Shown: positions 29,076 to 37,037 of the stretch, in pieces
How the letters are laid out: the number at the start of each line of letters is the position of its first letter
Numbering within the stretch: position 1 is the first letter of the stretch
From: a virus
Lineage: Duplodnaviria > Caudoviricetes
Direction: 5' to 3' (one strand)
IMG/VR virus record: IMGVR_UViG_3300028797_000100
Location: 64,001-128,000 of that record
Length of the DNA: 64,000 nt
The notes under the pieces: generated by a model
The model's input: the letters and a program-made list of their open reading frames with translations, nothing else
The model's database searches: none
What the model was told of the DNA's origin: nothing
Made by a program: the position numbers and the translations under genes

Positions 29076-30141
29076 CTACACAAAAGTGCCTTGGAACAAA
29101 TGTACACTATTCAGCAGACAGGTACTTTATACAGAACATCGTATCGACAGACGAGACATTCCTGAATTTCCTTATGTGTATGAGGTAAGGATGGAAGAGG
29201 ACGAGGAAGAATCATGTACATATATCTCCGAAATAGATATCTCTGTACCGGATGACAATGAGTTTGGTGGAACAATTCTGTCCACCATCCCATTTCCGGT
29301 TAATATGAAATATCATTCGGTATATGTCAATAAGGATAACTGTTATATCGAATTCCTTCCATATAGCGATTTTAATACATTGGCTAGATGGGTAAAGGAA
29401 GACGATTCAGCATTCATTGTTCCAGCAAATCAAATCATACACAAGGTCACAAAACTGTTCATCTCACAACCATTCACTGGTTATGATGAAAAACAGATAA
29501 AGAAACAGCGTAAGCTCCTCAGAGAGTTATATGCTATATACACTGAGAGACCAGTTGACTGTATAGAACTCATAAATCAACTGGATCCAGTTGATTACAA
29601 AGAGGAAGGATATAAGGCCATATCTGAAGATAGATGGGCTCAGTATACATTCTGCCGTTCAATTGGTCTTCTTGGTTCTGCTGATGTTGTGTTATTCTAT
29701 GAAGACTGGACTAAGTCTAGAGGTTGTAAGATTGAGCATAAGATATGTAAGGAATATCATATCCCAAGTATCGGTCAAAACGATCTCATCCAGTTCTGTA
29801 TGGATAACCCTAAATATGATGATGACTATTTCATGCCATTATGGAAGAAGCAGTTCTTTGATATGCATGACATAGCTGATGTCAATATCTTCAGGAACAA
29901 CAAAGACGGTGGCTTTAATGCTACTGCTGAGATTAATTGCAACAGATACTGTGGTTCAGGCGTCACACCTAATGATGCCTACATAGATTTGTATGTAAAG
30001 CTCGATGAAGCAATACATGAAATTGCGACCAAGCAGATTGATGAACTCGATAAGGTCGATGTTAAAGTTCTGCTCTGTGATGATGCTGAAAATATCACTG
30101 ATGAAGATATTGAAAATGCTTTAAACAATTTAGAGATATAA
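29062..30141 (+). CDS. Multidomain protein: LPD28-like N-terminus plus a DUF4406/nucleoside-deoxyribosyltransferase-like domain
   Basis: LYTEHRIDRRDIPE..YVYEVR..FGGTILS, then KLFISQPFTG...ADVVLFYEDWTKSRGCKIEH. Confidence 0.6.
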   Translation: MERNNYTKVPWNKCTLFSRQVLYTEHRIDRRDIPEFPYVYEVRMEEDEEESCTYISEIDISVPDDNEFGGTILSTIPFPVNMKYHSVYVNKDNCYIEFLPYSDFNTLARWVKEDDSAFIVPANQIIHKVTKLFISQPFTGYDEKQIKKQRKLLRELYAIYTERPVDCIELINQLDPVDYKEEGYKAISEDRWAQYTFCRSIGLLGSADVVLFYEDWTKSRGCKIEHKICKEYHIPSIGQNDLIQFCMDNPKYDDDYFMPLWKKQFFDMHDIADVNIFRNNKDGGFNATAEINCNRYCGSGVTPNDAYIDLYVKLDEAIHEIATKQIDELDKVDVKVLLCDDAENITDEDIENALNNLEI

Positions 30142-30160
30142 TAATTAGGAGGAAAAGTAT

Positions 30161-30862
30161 ATGTTTTTCGCAAAAGAAATGAATTATCTTTCGACTAGAA
30201 TGATGGTACTGTCAAAGGCATCTGCATTGGTTGATGCTATTTATGTTCTGCTCCCCAGAGTTTTTAACAACATTGGAGATTTAGATACGAAGCCAAATCA
30301 TGCTAAAGATTTCGATGATATGGAATTTAATTGGCATGTGCCAGATATTGAGGAGTTACTCGAATATTGTCGTAAGAAAATGGCAGCCGGAGAAAGCTTC
30401 TACGAGACAACGATAAGACTTGCTGTATCTCAAGAAACAGCTCGTTCTGAAGAAGTTGAGAATAGTCTCAATACAGCCGTTAGAGTGTTCGTCAGTCTTT
30501 CAACAATTGCGTTTGATTCTAATGAGGAACCTATTGAGATCGATGGTTCGCATCATGGACATGATATTGATATAGTAATAGAGGTTGATAAGAATGGTGC
30601 ACATATTAATGACCATCTCTCAAGTGTAGATATTGCATTAGATAAGTATAAGGATCTGATAAAAGATGAGCCTGCTGTTAGTAGAGAACAACTGGCAAAA
30701 TTCTTCGATGGTGTTCTGAAGGCTATTGACGATGTAAATGGTAACGATGGCGATGGATATATGCTTCGTCGTTATGACAAATACTATAATAAATATGGCG
30801 TTTCATTTGACGAAGATGATTACTATTATTTCGAAAGAATAATAGAAGAAGTTGAGGAATAA
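30161..30862 (+). CDS. Hypothetical protein
   Basis: 233-aa ORF with RBS TAGGAGG. Confidence 0.75.
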   Translation: MFFAKEMNYLSTRMMVLSKASALVDAIYVLLPRVFNNIGDLDTKPNHAKDFDDMEFNWHVPDIEELLEYCRKKMAAGESFYETTIRLAVSQETARSEEVENSLNTAVRVFVSLSTIAFDSNEEPIEIDGSHHGHDIDIVIEVDKNGAHINDHLSSVDIALDKYKDLIKDEPAVSREQLAKFFDGVLKAIDDVNGNDGDGYMLRRYDKYYNKYGVSFDEDDYYYFERIIEEVEE

Positions 30863-31252
30863 TAATTAATCAAAATCTGCTACTATAATTTACATCGATA
30901 ATGAGAGGATGAATAATTCTCTCTTTATCATAGATTCTGGAAACGGAGAAATGGATGTGTATGAGTTCGGGAGATTCTCTACATAGACCACCGGAGTACA
31001 GAGCGTTCGGAAATGGCACCTTATACGAAATGGTGATTTTCGGTCAACTTCGCCAAAATAGTTAGCCACAGTCCGGACGTCTACAAAAGCCCGCCCTTCC
31101 TTATCTTGGGCGGGATTGCTTTCAATTCGTTTTATGAACGTATCCTCCGATATATGATACTTGAGTGAAGGTTTCGGTCATTAGTCCTTCACATCATAAA
31201 ACGATTGAAATATAATTATCCCATATCAAGCGCACATAGATATGGGATATAT

Positions 31253-31338
31253 GCCGAAGTGATGGAATGGTAGACTTGGCAGACTCAAAATCTGCTGTGA
31301 GCAATCACGTGTGGGTTCGAGTCCCACCTTCGGCACCA
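31253..31338 (+). tRNA. tRNA-Leu(CAA)
   Basis: GCCGAAG/CTTCGGC acceptor, GCAGA-CT-CAA-AA-TCTGC, long variable arm, T loop TTCGAGT, encoded CCA. Confidence 0.92.
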
Positions 31339-31339
31339 A

Positions 31340-31463
31340 TGATATTCGATGGGTGGTCCAAGAGAACGGTCGGAATGATTGATTTCGTTTCGTGGCAACA
31401 ATGAATATTGGATTATTCATTGGACGGGTTCAAGTCCCGTACGATCCTTCGAATATCACACCA
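31340..31463 (+). ncRNA. tRNA-like RNA with a T arm and extended terminal stem, no anticodon arm
   Basis: ACGGG-TTCAAGT-CCCGT T arm. GGGTGGT/ACGATCC stem extended by TGATATTCGA/TCGAATATCA. Ends CACCA. Confidence 0.5.
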
Positions 31464-31607
31464 ATGATATAGTGTACCTGTACATATCGGTCATGTTTCT
31501 TTGCCTGGGCATGACAGCACTTGCTTTCTCGGCTTATACTGCACCCATCTCTTCAGCGTCTAGGGTGTTATTCATGTGAATTCATAACAGTACACTATAT
31601 CATACCA
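31464..31607 (+). ncRNA. Unknown structured RNA closed by a long terminal stem
   Basis: ATGATATAGTGTAC...GTACACTATATCAT (14-bp perfect) followed by ACCA. Confidence 0.5.
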
Positions 31608-31848
31608 CCGGAGTTCTGGTATATCATAAATACAAACTAGAGGTACCCTAGTCATTCGTATTAGTTAATCCCCTAATCGACTTAGTATTTGTGATGAAGA
31701 AGTGCTTTACGTATGACCCAGATAAGGCGCTCCGGACCAGATGCTACTTTCGTTCCCACTTTAGTAGCATTTACTCATATGCGTGGCAGGAGCTTCCTCA
31801 ATTACTCCTGCCACACCCCCTAAAATAAATGAAAAGGAGTATTTAAAA

Positions 31849-32178
31849 ATGGAAAATGAGACTAAAAAGAATGATGACGGAATGGTTGAAATTGAGCTTG
31901 AACTTACACCAGAAGAACTTGAAGATCTGGAGAAGCGTGCTAAAGAACATAATATGACATTGGATGAATATTGTGTAGCATGTTGTAAAGTACCAGCGCA
32001 GATAAAAGCTGCTAAAAATCTCACCAATACAATTGATGAAGCACTTCAGTCGGAGAATTTATCCGATGAAGCTCGTAAATCACTTACTAATGTTAAGGAC
32101 GCAACAATGGCACTTGAGAAATATCTCAGTGGTGATATGTCCGAAGAAGAATTCAAAAATGCTATCAATTCCCTTTAA
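31849..32178 (+). CDS. Small protein, possible ribbon-helix-helix DNA-binding domain
   Basis: RBS GAAAAGGAG, ATG at 31849. IELELTPEELEDLEKRAKEHNMTLDEY. Confidence 0.6.
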   Translation: MENETKKNDDGMVEIELELTPEELEDLEKRAKEHNMTLDEYCVACCKVPAQIKAAKNLTNTIDEALQSENLSDEARKSLTNVKDATMALEKYLSGDMSEEEFKNAINSL

Positions 32179-32771
32179 TCGATAATAATGCACAATGTGC
32201 GTTACTATACCAGATAGAACAGTAGGCAACGTCATCAGAGTCGTTGATCCAAGAGCGCTTGGCCTGGATAACTCATCACTATCCTTTATCTGTTCTATAG
32301 AGTTTCATCACTTGTGATCGCTATTGGGATCCATACGGGATGTCTTGAAATGATATATAGCATTCTAGTAGATTCCTCTTATTATAGTTAAGGCTCTACC
32401 GGCAATCACACTTAGGGAGAGAGCTAACCCGCATGGACGTAAGCGTTATGGTAGATTTCGTTTACAATGTTCATGGTTGAAACTTATGATGCCTATGTCG
32501 GAGGCGGTGCTCAGTGCTAGAACGTTAAACCGTCGACGTTATAAAAATCCGCGTCCACACAAACGCGAAGAGGAGGACCGAGGGATTCGTCACCCCGGAG
32601 ATTATACATAGGATCAATATACGAATACTGTTGGAGATGTGGCCTGGTCGTTAGCGCCATCTAATCAAAAGAGTGTGTAGTAGTTTAAGTAATCCCAGAA
32701 CGTCTCAGTCGTGCGTCACATGTGAGCCGTTGAGAACGTTAGGAATGTAAAAACACCGACAGTATGTATAT

Positions 32772-32848
32772 CGAGGCGTAACTCAGTTTGGTAGAGTGCT
32801 TGGTTTGGGACCAAGATGCCGCAGGTTCGAGTCCTGTCGCCTCGACCA
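32772..32848 (+). tRNA. tRNA-Pro(TGG)
   Basis: CGAGGCG/CGCCTCG, CTTGG-TT-TGG-GA-CCAAG, CCA. Confidence 0.95.
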
Positions 32849-33067
32849 GTAGGAGAGTATTCATGGTAACCAAGGAACGGTTACGACATATCAGGCCATT
32901 ACCGCGTACGAGGTAATGTATGTTGGGTGATCCCCGTGGATATTCTTCTATTCCAGAGAAGCACGGATGGCCATGGGAGCCGCTCTAAGAGAGCTTAATG
33001 CGGTGCTTGAAAAATAATATGGGCCAGCCAGGGTGTGGTAGCTCCCTTCATCATCCTGGGCCTAGGC

Positions 33068-33144
33068 GGCTGGTTAGCTTAGATGGCTAAAGCATCCGGT
33101 TCATACCCGGAAGACCGTCAGTTCGAGTCTGACACCAGCTACCA
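33068..33144 (+). tRNA. tRNA-Met(CAT), elongator-like
   Basis: GGCTGGT/ACCAGCT, TCCGG-TT-CAT-AC-CCGGA, CCA. Confidence 0.93.
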
Positions 33145-33260
33145 GAAACCACAAGTAGCCGTGCTGTAGGTGGCAGGCGTGCTAGTTAACCAAAGAGCCG
33201 TACGACAATCTTGGTTCTTGCTGCATCGGTTCGAGTCCGTTCGCGGTTGCTTGTGGTTTC
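33145..33260 (+). ncRNA. Unknown RNA with a 17-bp terminal stem and T-loop-like arm
   Basis: GAAACCACAAGTAGCCG...CGGTTGCTTGTGGTTTC, with internal CGG-TTCGAGT-CCG. Confidence 0.5.
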
Positions 33261-33287
33261 ACATCCTTTCTATTTTTTATAAATTTG

Positions 33288-33307
33288 AGATATATATTTT
33301 TACTATG
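33288..33307 (+). promoter_or_regulatory. Putative early promoter for the tRNA/Y-like RNA/Ro cluster
   Basis: TTTCTATTTTTT...GAGATATATATTTTTACTATG, nearly identical to the element at 2844-2884. Confidence 0.55.
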
Positions 33308-33561
33308 TGATGGAACACAATTTATATATGTTCTCTATGGGTTCAAAGGATTTCCCTGTAGAGAACCACTTGCTCAGATATATGACGATGTTCGGCCAGC
33401 ACATCGTCATGGGGTGTTCGACTCACAGATGTATGAATGATGGATTGTTATATATCTCAACAAATAAATCCTGGTGGCTAGACGGGATTTCAAGTTCCTA
33501 CGCATGAATACATTTGGATGCATGTATTTATGAAGCAACGCCTTACAATCATCATTCATAT

Positions 33562-33636
33562 GGCGCTATGGTCAAGAGGTCAAGACATCTCCCTTTCACG
33601 GAGGGGTCCCGAGTTCGATTCTCGGTAGCGTCACCA
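33562..33636 (+). tRNA. tRNA-Glu(TTC)
   Basis: GGCGCTA/TAGCGTC, TCTCC-CT-TTC-AC-GGAGG, CCA. Confidence 0.95.
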
Positions 33637-33723
33637 AGCATGGATTCTTAAACCCGATCCATGTACAAACATCCTTAACTCGGCAGCATCATTTAGTCTT
33701 CCCTTCGTGGTGCTGCCATATAT

Positions 33724-33862
33724 GCGGCGATTAGCTCAGTTGGTAGAGCGTGTACGTACTGGTATGGTATTCTCATACACTTTGTGCATGATGCAGTTAT
33801 ATCAGTTACTTCGAGCTAGTGGACTCCAAGGTCGTAGGTTCGAATCCTGCATCGCCGCCTCA
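33724..33862 (+). ncRNA. Y-RNA-like/tRNA chimera 1 (tRNA ends, Y-like helix inserted after the D arm)
   Basis: GCGGCGAT/ATCGCCGC acceptor, D arm GCTC-AGTTGGTA-GAGC, T arm GTAGG-TTCGAAT-CCTGC. The insert carries TTCTCAT...TGATGCAG...TTACTTCG. Confidence 0.75.
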
Positions 33863-33866
33863 ATTT

Positions 33867-33943
33867 GCCTGGTTAGCTCAGTTGGTAGTAGCGACGGACT
33901 GTTAATCCGTGTGTCGTAGGTTCAAGTCCTACACTAGGCGCCA
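33867..33943 (+). tRNA. tRNA-Asn(GTT)
   Basis: GCCTGGT/ACTAGGC, ACGGA-CT-GTT-AA-TCCGT, CCA. Confidence 0.95.
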
Positions 33944-33944
33944 A

Positions 33945-34096
33945 TTAAACATAAACGATGCAGTAGCGTTCGGTTACTTCGCTTAACCTGTCACGTTAAA
34001 AACGATCCAAGAGTTCGAATCTCTTCATAGTCCTACGGGCTGTGCTGGTCATTGGTGAGACCATAACCCGAATGCATTTTTCTCGTTTATGTTTAA
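33945..34096 (+). ncRNA. YrlA-like Y RNA 2 with an Asp(GTC) anticodon arm
   Basis: Terminal stem TTAAACATAAACGA/TCGTTTATGTTTAA, CGATGCAG..TTACTTCG, TTAAC-CT-GTC-AC-GTTAA, T arm AAGAG-TTCGAAT-CTCTT, looped acceptor stem, D arm GGTC-ATTGGTGA-GACC. Confidence 0.8.
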
Positions 34097-34098
34097 AT

Positions 34099-34174
34099 GG
34101 ATCTGTAGCTCAGTTGGTAGAGCAGTGGTCTGAAGAACCACGTGTCGGTTGTTCGATTCAACCCAGGTCCACCA
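34099..34174 (+). tRNA. tRNA-Phe(GAA)
   Basis: GGATCTG/CAGGTCC, GTGGT-CT-GAA-GA-ACCAC, CCA. Confidence 0.95.
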
Positions 34175-34184
34175 ATTTAAATAT

Positions 34185-34328
34185 GGGGGAGTATCCAAAT
34201 TGGTTAAAACCCGTTGTCAGTTTTCTCAGAGTAATCTGATGCAGTAGGTAACGGATACTTCGGAATTAGAATGTAAATCTAACGCTTTGCAAAAGCTATG
34301 CAGGTTCGAGTCCTGTCCTCCCCCACCA
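34185..34328 (+). ncRNA. tRNA-Tyr(GTA)-like RNA with a Y-like helix inserted in the D loop (chimera 3)
   Basis: GGGGGAG/CTCCCCC-A-CCA, D stem TCC/GGA, TTAGA-AT-GTA-AA-TCTAA, long variable arm, T arm. Insert CCGTTG..TTCTCAGA-GTAA-TCTGATGCAG..AACGG-ATACTTC. Confidence 0.78.
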
Positions 34329-34333
34329 AATAC

Positions 34334-34410
34334 GGTCCTGTAGTTCAAATGGTTAGAGCACCTGCCTGTCACGCAGGAAGTTGTCAGTTCAAGTCTGATC
34401 AGGATCGCCA
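34334..34410 (+). tRNA. tRNA-Asp(GTC)
   Basis: GGTCCTG/CAGGATC, CCTGC-CT-GTC-AC-GCAGG, CCA. Confidence 0.95.
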
Positions 34411-34412
34411 GA

Positions 34413-34580
34413 TAATACTATTAACGATGCAGTCGATGTGAGTTACTTCGAAAGTGACATCAAGCAGATATGGGAGTTCGAGTCTCTCTGCCGCATTCTT
34501 CATGGATACGGTATGGCGGAATTGGCAGACGCATTACCTAGAAATTAAAACTCACGTCAATATTCTCGTTAATAGTATTA
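34413..34580 (+). ncRNA. YrlA-like Y RNA 4
   Basis: Terminal stem TAATACTATTAACGA/TCGTTAATAGTATTA, CGATGCAG..TTACTTCG, T arm GGGAG-TTCGAGT-CTCTC, looped acceptor, Leu-type D arm GCG-GAATTGGCAGA-CGC. Confidence 0.8.
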
Positions 34581-34584
34581 ATAT

Positions 34585-34672
34585 GGATGAGTATGCCCAG
34601 TTGGCGAAGGCAGCGGACTGTAAATCCGTGACATTAGAAACAACGTAGGTTCGACTCCTACCTCATCCACCA
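34585..34672 (+). tRNA. tRNA-Tyr(GTA)
   Basis: GGATGAG/CTCATCC, GCGGA-CT-GTA-AA-TCCGT, long variable arm, CCA. Confidence 0.93.
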
Positions 34673-34811
34673 ATACGAATGAAGCAGCCGGTGTGAGTTA
34701 CTTCCAAAATGTTAAAAGTTCAAGTCTTTTGTTAGCCTTCTCTGCTAATTAGCTCAACTGGGTAGAGCGTTTGGCCCTATAGACTCCACCATTATTCTCA
34801 TTCGTATACCA
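34673..34811 (+). ncRNA. YrlA-like Y RNA 5
   Basis: Terminal stem ATACGAATGA/TCATTCGTAT plus ACCA, TGAAGCAG..TTACTTC, T arm AAAAG-TTCAAGT-CTTTT, looped acceptor GTTAGC/GCTAAT, D arm GCTC-AACTGGGTA-GAGC. Confidence 0.8.
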
Positions 34812-34813
34812 AT

Positions 34814-34952
34814 AAAGGACTGAAGCAGCCGATGCGGTTACTTCGATAGACAAGTGGTAAAGTCAATGATCTGCAACATCATCAACGTTGGTTCAAGTCC
34901 AACTCGATCCCTATGGGATATGCGACCGCATCAATATTCTCAGTCCTTTCCA
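34814..34952 (+). ncRNA. Y-like RNA 6 enclosing a tRNA-Cys(GCA) body
   Basis: Terminal stem AAAGGACTGA/TCAGTCCTTT plus CCA. TGAAGCAG..TTACTTCG is followed by D arm GAC-AAGTGGTAAA-GTC, ATGAT-CT-GCA-AC-ATCAT and T arm GTTGG-TTCAAGT-CCAAC. Confidence 0.8.
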
Positions 34953-34983
34953 TATTTATTTCAATCATAAGGAGGTAAATAAC

Positions 34984-36696
34984 ATGAGTCGTATTTCAGA
35001 TATGGCGAAGAAAATGACAGAAAATCAGAAACTTAAACCTGATGAAGTGGTTAAAAACTTCATGGGAGGAGATAGCTACAAGCTTAATCCTCTTGATACT
35101 TTAAAGATGATTGCTGCATCATCGATATTTGGTGAACCTTCGTACTATAGAAAGAACATCTCTGATGCTACTTTCGAAGTAGACGATTCAACCTTTGAAG
35201 ATGACGAGATTGTCACAAAGGATTACAACAACAAGAGCACAACCGAAATCTTCCAGGAAGCTATCGATAAAGCTCTTGACTATAACTTCTCTGCAACACT
35301 CAAGCTTGCAGTTGAGTTGAGACATGACTACTACATGAGGTTGAATCCTCAGGTAATCATGGTTAGAGCTGCCATCCATCCTAAGCGGAAGGAGTGGTCT
35401 GAGAAACATCCCGGTGAGTTCAACAAAATCAATGCGGAGGTTATGCTTCGTGCTGATGAACCTGCTGCTCAGTGTTCATATTATTTGTTTATAAACGGAG
35501 GAAAGAAGTCAGCAATGCCTTCTATTCTTAAACGTTCAATCGCTTCCAGGATTTCCAATCTTGGTCGTTATCAGGTAAACAAATATAAAAACTCAGATCT
35601 CGGAATGATCAATACAGTTCGTCTTACGCATGCTAATTCACCAATCGTGGATGAGCTTATGAAGACTGGTACTGTCGAGGTTAAAAACGAGGATGAGACA
35701 TGGGAGCAGAAACGTTCTGCTGGACTGTCTTGGAAAGAAATTCTTGCTACAACTAAGATGGGTCATATGGCTCTCCTTAGAAATATCAAGAATGTTTTCA
35801 CTGAGATTAATGACCTCGAATTCTGTAAAGCTTACATGGCTGACCTGAAGGATGGGGTTATTGATGGTAAACAGTTCCCATATCGTTATGAGGCTGCTTA
35901 CACCAGACTCAAGAACGAGAAAGGTGTACATCATCTTTCAACAATTCTCGACGGGCTTGAGGAGTGTATCGACATCTCTGTCGAGAATCTTCCTAAGCTC
36001 AAGGGTACAACTGTATGTCTTTCTGACAATAGTGGTTCCGCTTGGGGTGCTCTCACTTCAGAATATGGTTCTACAACAGTTGCTCATATCGATAACTTAT
36101 CATCTGTAATTGCTGCTCAGTGTAGTGATGAAGGATATGTTATCAAGTTCGGTGACAGATATGAGGAGTATCCTATTTCGCACAGAAATGGTGTCCTCAA
36201 ACAAGCATCCGAAATTGACAAAAATGGCTACGACATTGTCGGTGGACACACTGAAGGAGGAATCTGGAAGTGGTTCAAGAGAGCTATCAATGAGAGAATC
36301 AAGGTGGACAACATCTTCATCTTCTCTGATATGCAGGCAGGTTGTGGTGGTCTGTATGGTACCATCGAAGACATTAGAGAATACCGTGAAGCTTACGGCT
36401 ATCGGTATGGACAGATGAGTAGATGGAGACATCGTGGAAGCAGATGCAATCTGTATGATATGATAAACGTATACAAGCTTGTACTTGACTACAGAAAGAA
36501 AGTTAACCCCAAGGTTAACGTCTTCTGTGTTCAGACAGCAGGCTATGACAACGTTGTTATACCTCAGATGACATATAGATGTGCAATGCTCACAGGATGG
36601 ACTGGTAAGGAAATTCTGTTTGCGAAAGAGTATATAAAACAATGGGATGACATTGAGTGGAAGAACACTTCTCCTCATGAGTCTCCCAACAACTAA
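34984..36696 (+). CDS. rsr: Ro60/Rsr-like TROVE-domain ribonucleoprotein with a C-terminal vWA domain
   Basis: NFMGGDSYKLNP..GEPSYY, LAVELRHDYYMRLNPQV, MGHMALLRN, KQFPYRY, MIDAS-like SDNSGS..T..FSDMQ. ATG at 34984 follows AAGGAGG. Confidence 0.9.
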   Translation: MSRISDMAKKMTENQKLKPDEVVKNFMGGDSYKLNPLDTLKMIAASSIFGEPSYYRKNISDATFEVDDSTFEDDEIVTKDYNNKSTTEIFQEAIDKALDYNFSATLKLAVELRHDYYMRLNPQVIMVRAAIHPKRKEWSEKHPGEFNKINAEVMLRADEPAAQCSYYLFINGGKKSAMPSILKRSIASRISNLGRYQVNKYKNSDLGMINTVRLTHANSPIVDELMKTGTVEVKNEDETWEQKRSAGLSWKEILATTKMGHMALLRNIKNVFTEINDLEFCKAYMADLKDGVIDGKQFPYRYEAAYTRLKNEKGVHHLSTILDGLEECIDISVENLPKLKGTTVCLSDNSGSAWGALTSEYGSTTVAHIDNLSSVIAAQCSDEGYVIKFGDRYEEYPISHRNGVLKQASEIDKNGYDIVGGHTEGGIWKWFKRAINERIKVDNIFIFSDMQAGCGGLYGTIEDIREYREAYGYRYGQMSRWRHRGSRCNLYDMINVYKLVLDYRKKVNPKVNVFCVQTAGYDNVVIPQMTYRCAMLTGWTGKEILFAKEYIKQWDDIEWKNTSPHESPNN

Positions 36697-36703
36697 TTGA
36701 TAG

Positions 36704-36879
36704 AAACCGCCTATGATGCAGCGGTCAGTGTTACTTCTGAATTTTAAATTGATTATTTAAAACATTCATTCCCCGGTTGTAGTTAAACATTCAAGCCGAT
36801 GGTATACTTGTATATCGCGTTTAACACAGAGGCGCTGGGCAAACACATATACACTGATGAATATTCTCATAGGCGGTTT
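36704..36879 (+). ncRNA. Y-like RNA 7 with a non-tRNA internal domain
   Basis: Terminal stem AAACCGCCTATGA/TCATAGGCGGTTT, TGATGCAG..TCAGTGT-TACTTC and ACACTGA..ATTCTCA. Starts 8 nt after the Ro stop codon. Confidence 0.75.
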
Positions 36880-37037
36880 TATATGTGCTCTGAGAGGTAG
36901 TCCCCTCAAGGAGCGCTCCGAAGTTCTACAAATCAAAAAGTTTCATTTAACCTCTCGGGCCCTACTTGGGCCCATACTCTTTTTTTTTATTTTAAACAGC
37001 TCTGTAATTTATAACATTATAAAGGAGATGTTAAATT

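Noticed and set aside
33750-34262. Inserts in chimeras 1 and 3 as tRNA introns
   Set aside because: They are too short for group I/II introns, show no evident bulge-helix-bulge, and carry the same motif that forms the terminal helix of the neighbouring Y-like RNAs. Not formally excluded without RNA data.
31226-34648. ORFs of 60-90 aa in the RNA island (31226-31420, 31379-31579, 31761-32027, 33307-33507, 33707-33919, 34042-34239, 34454-34648)
   Set aside because: They overlap tRNAs or structured RNAs, or are antisense to a better ORF, and lack ribosome-binding sites.
34846-34910. Stand-alone tRNA-Cys(GCA)
   Set aside because: Only about 4 bp of contiguous acceptor stem and no CCA after it. 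The body is enclosed in the Y-like terminal helix, so it is reported as a chimera.
34888-34983. Upstream TTG start for the Ro/TROVE ORF
   Set aside because: It lies inside Y-like RNA 6. ATG at 34984 has a canonical AAGGAGG RBS.
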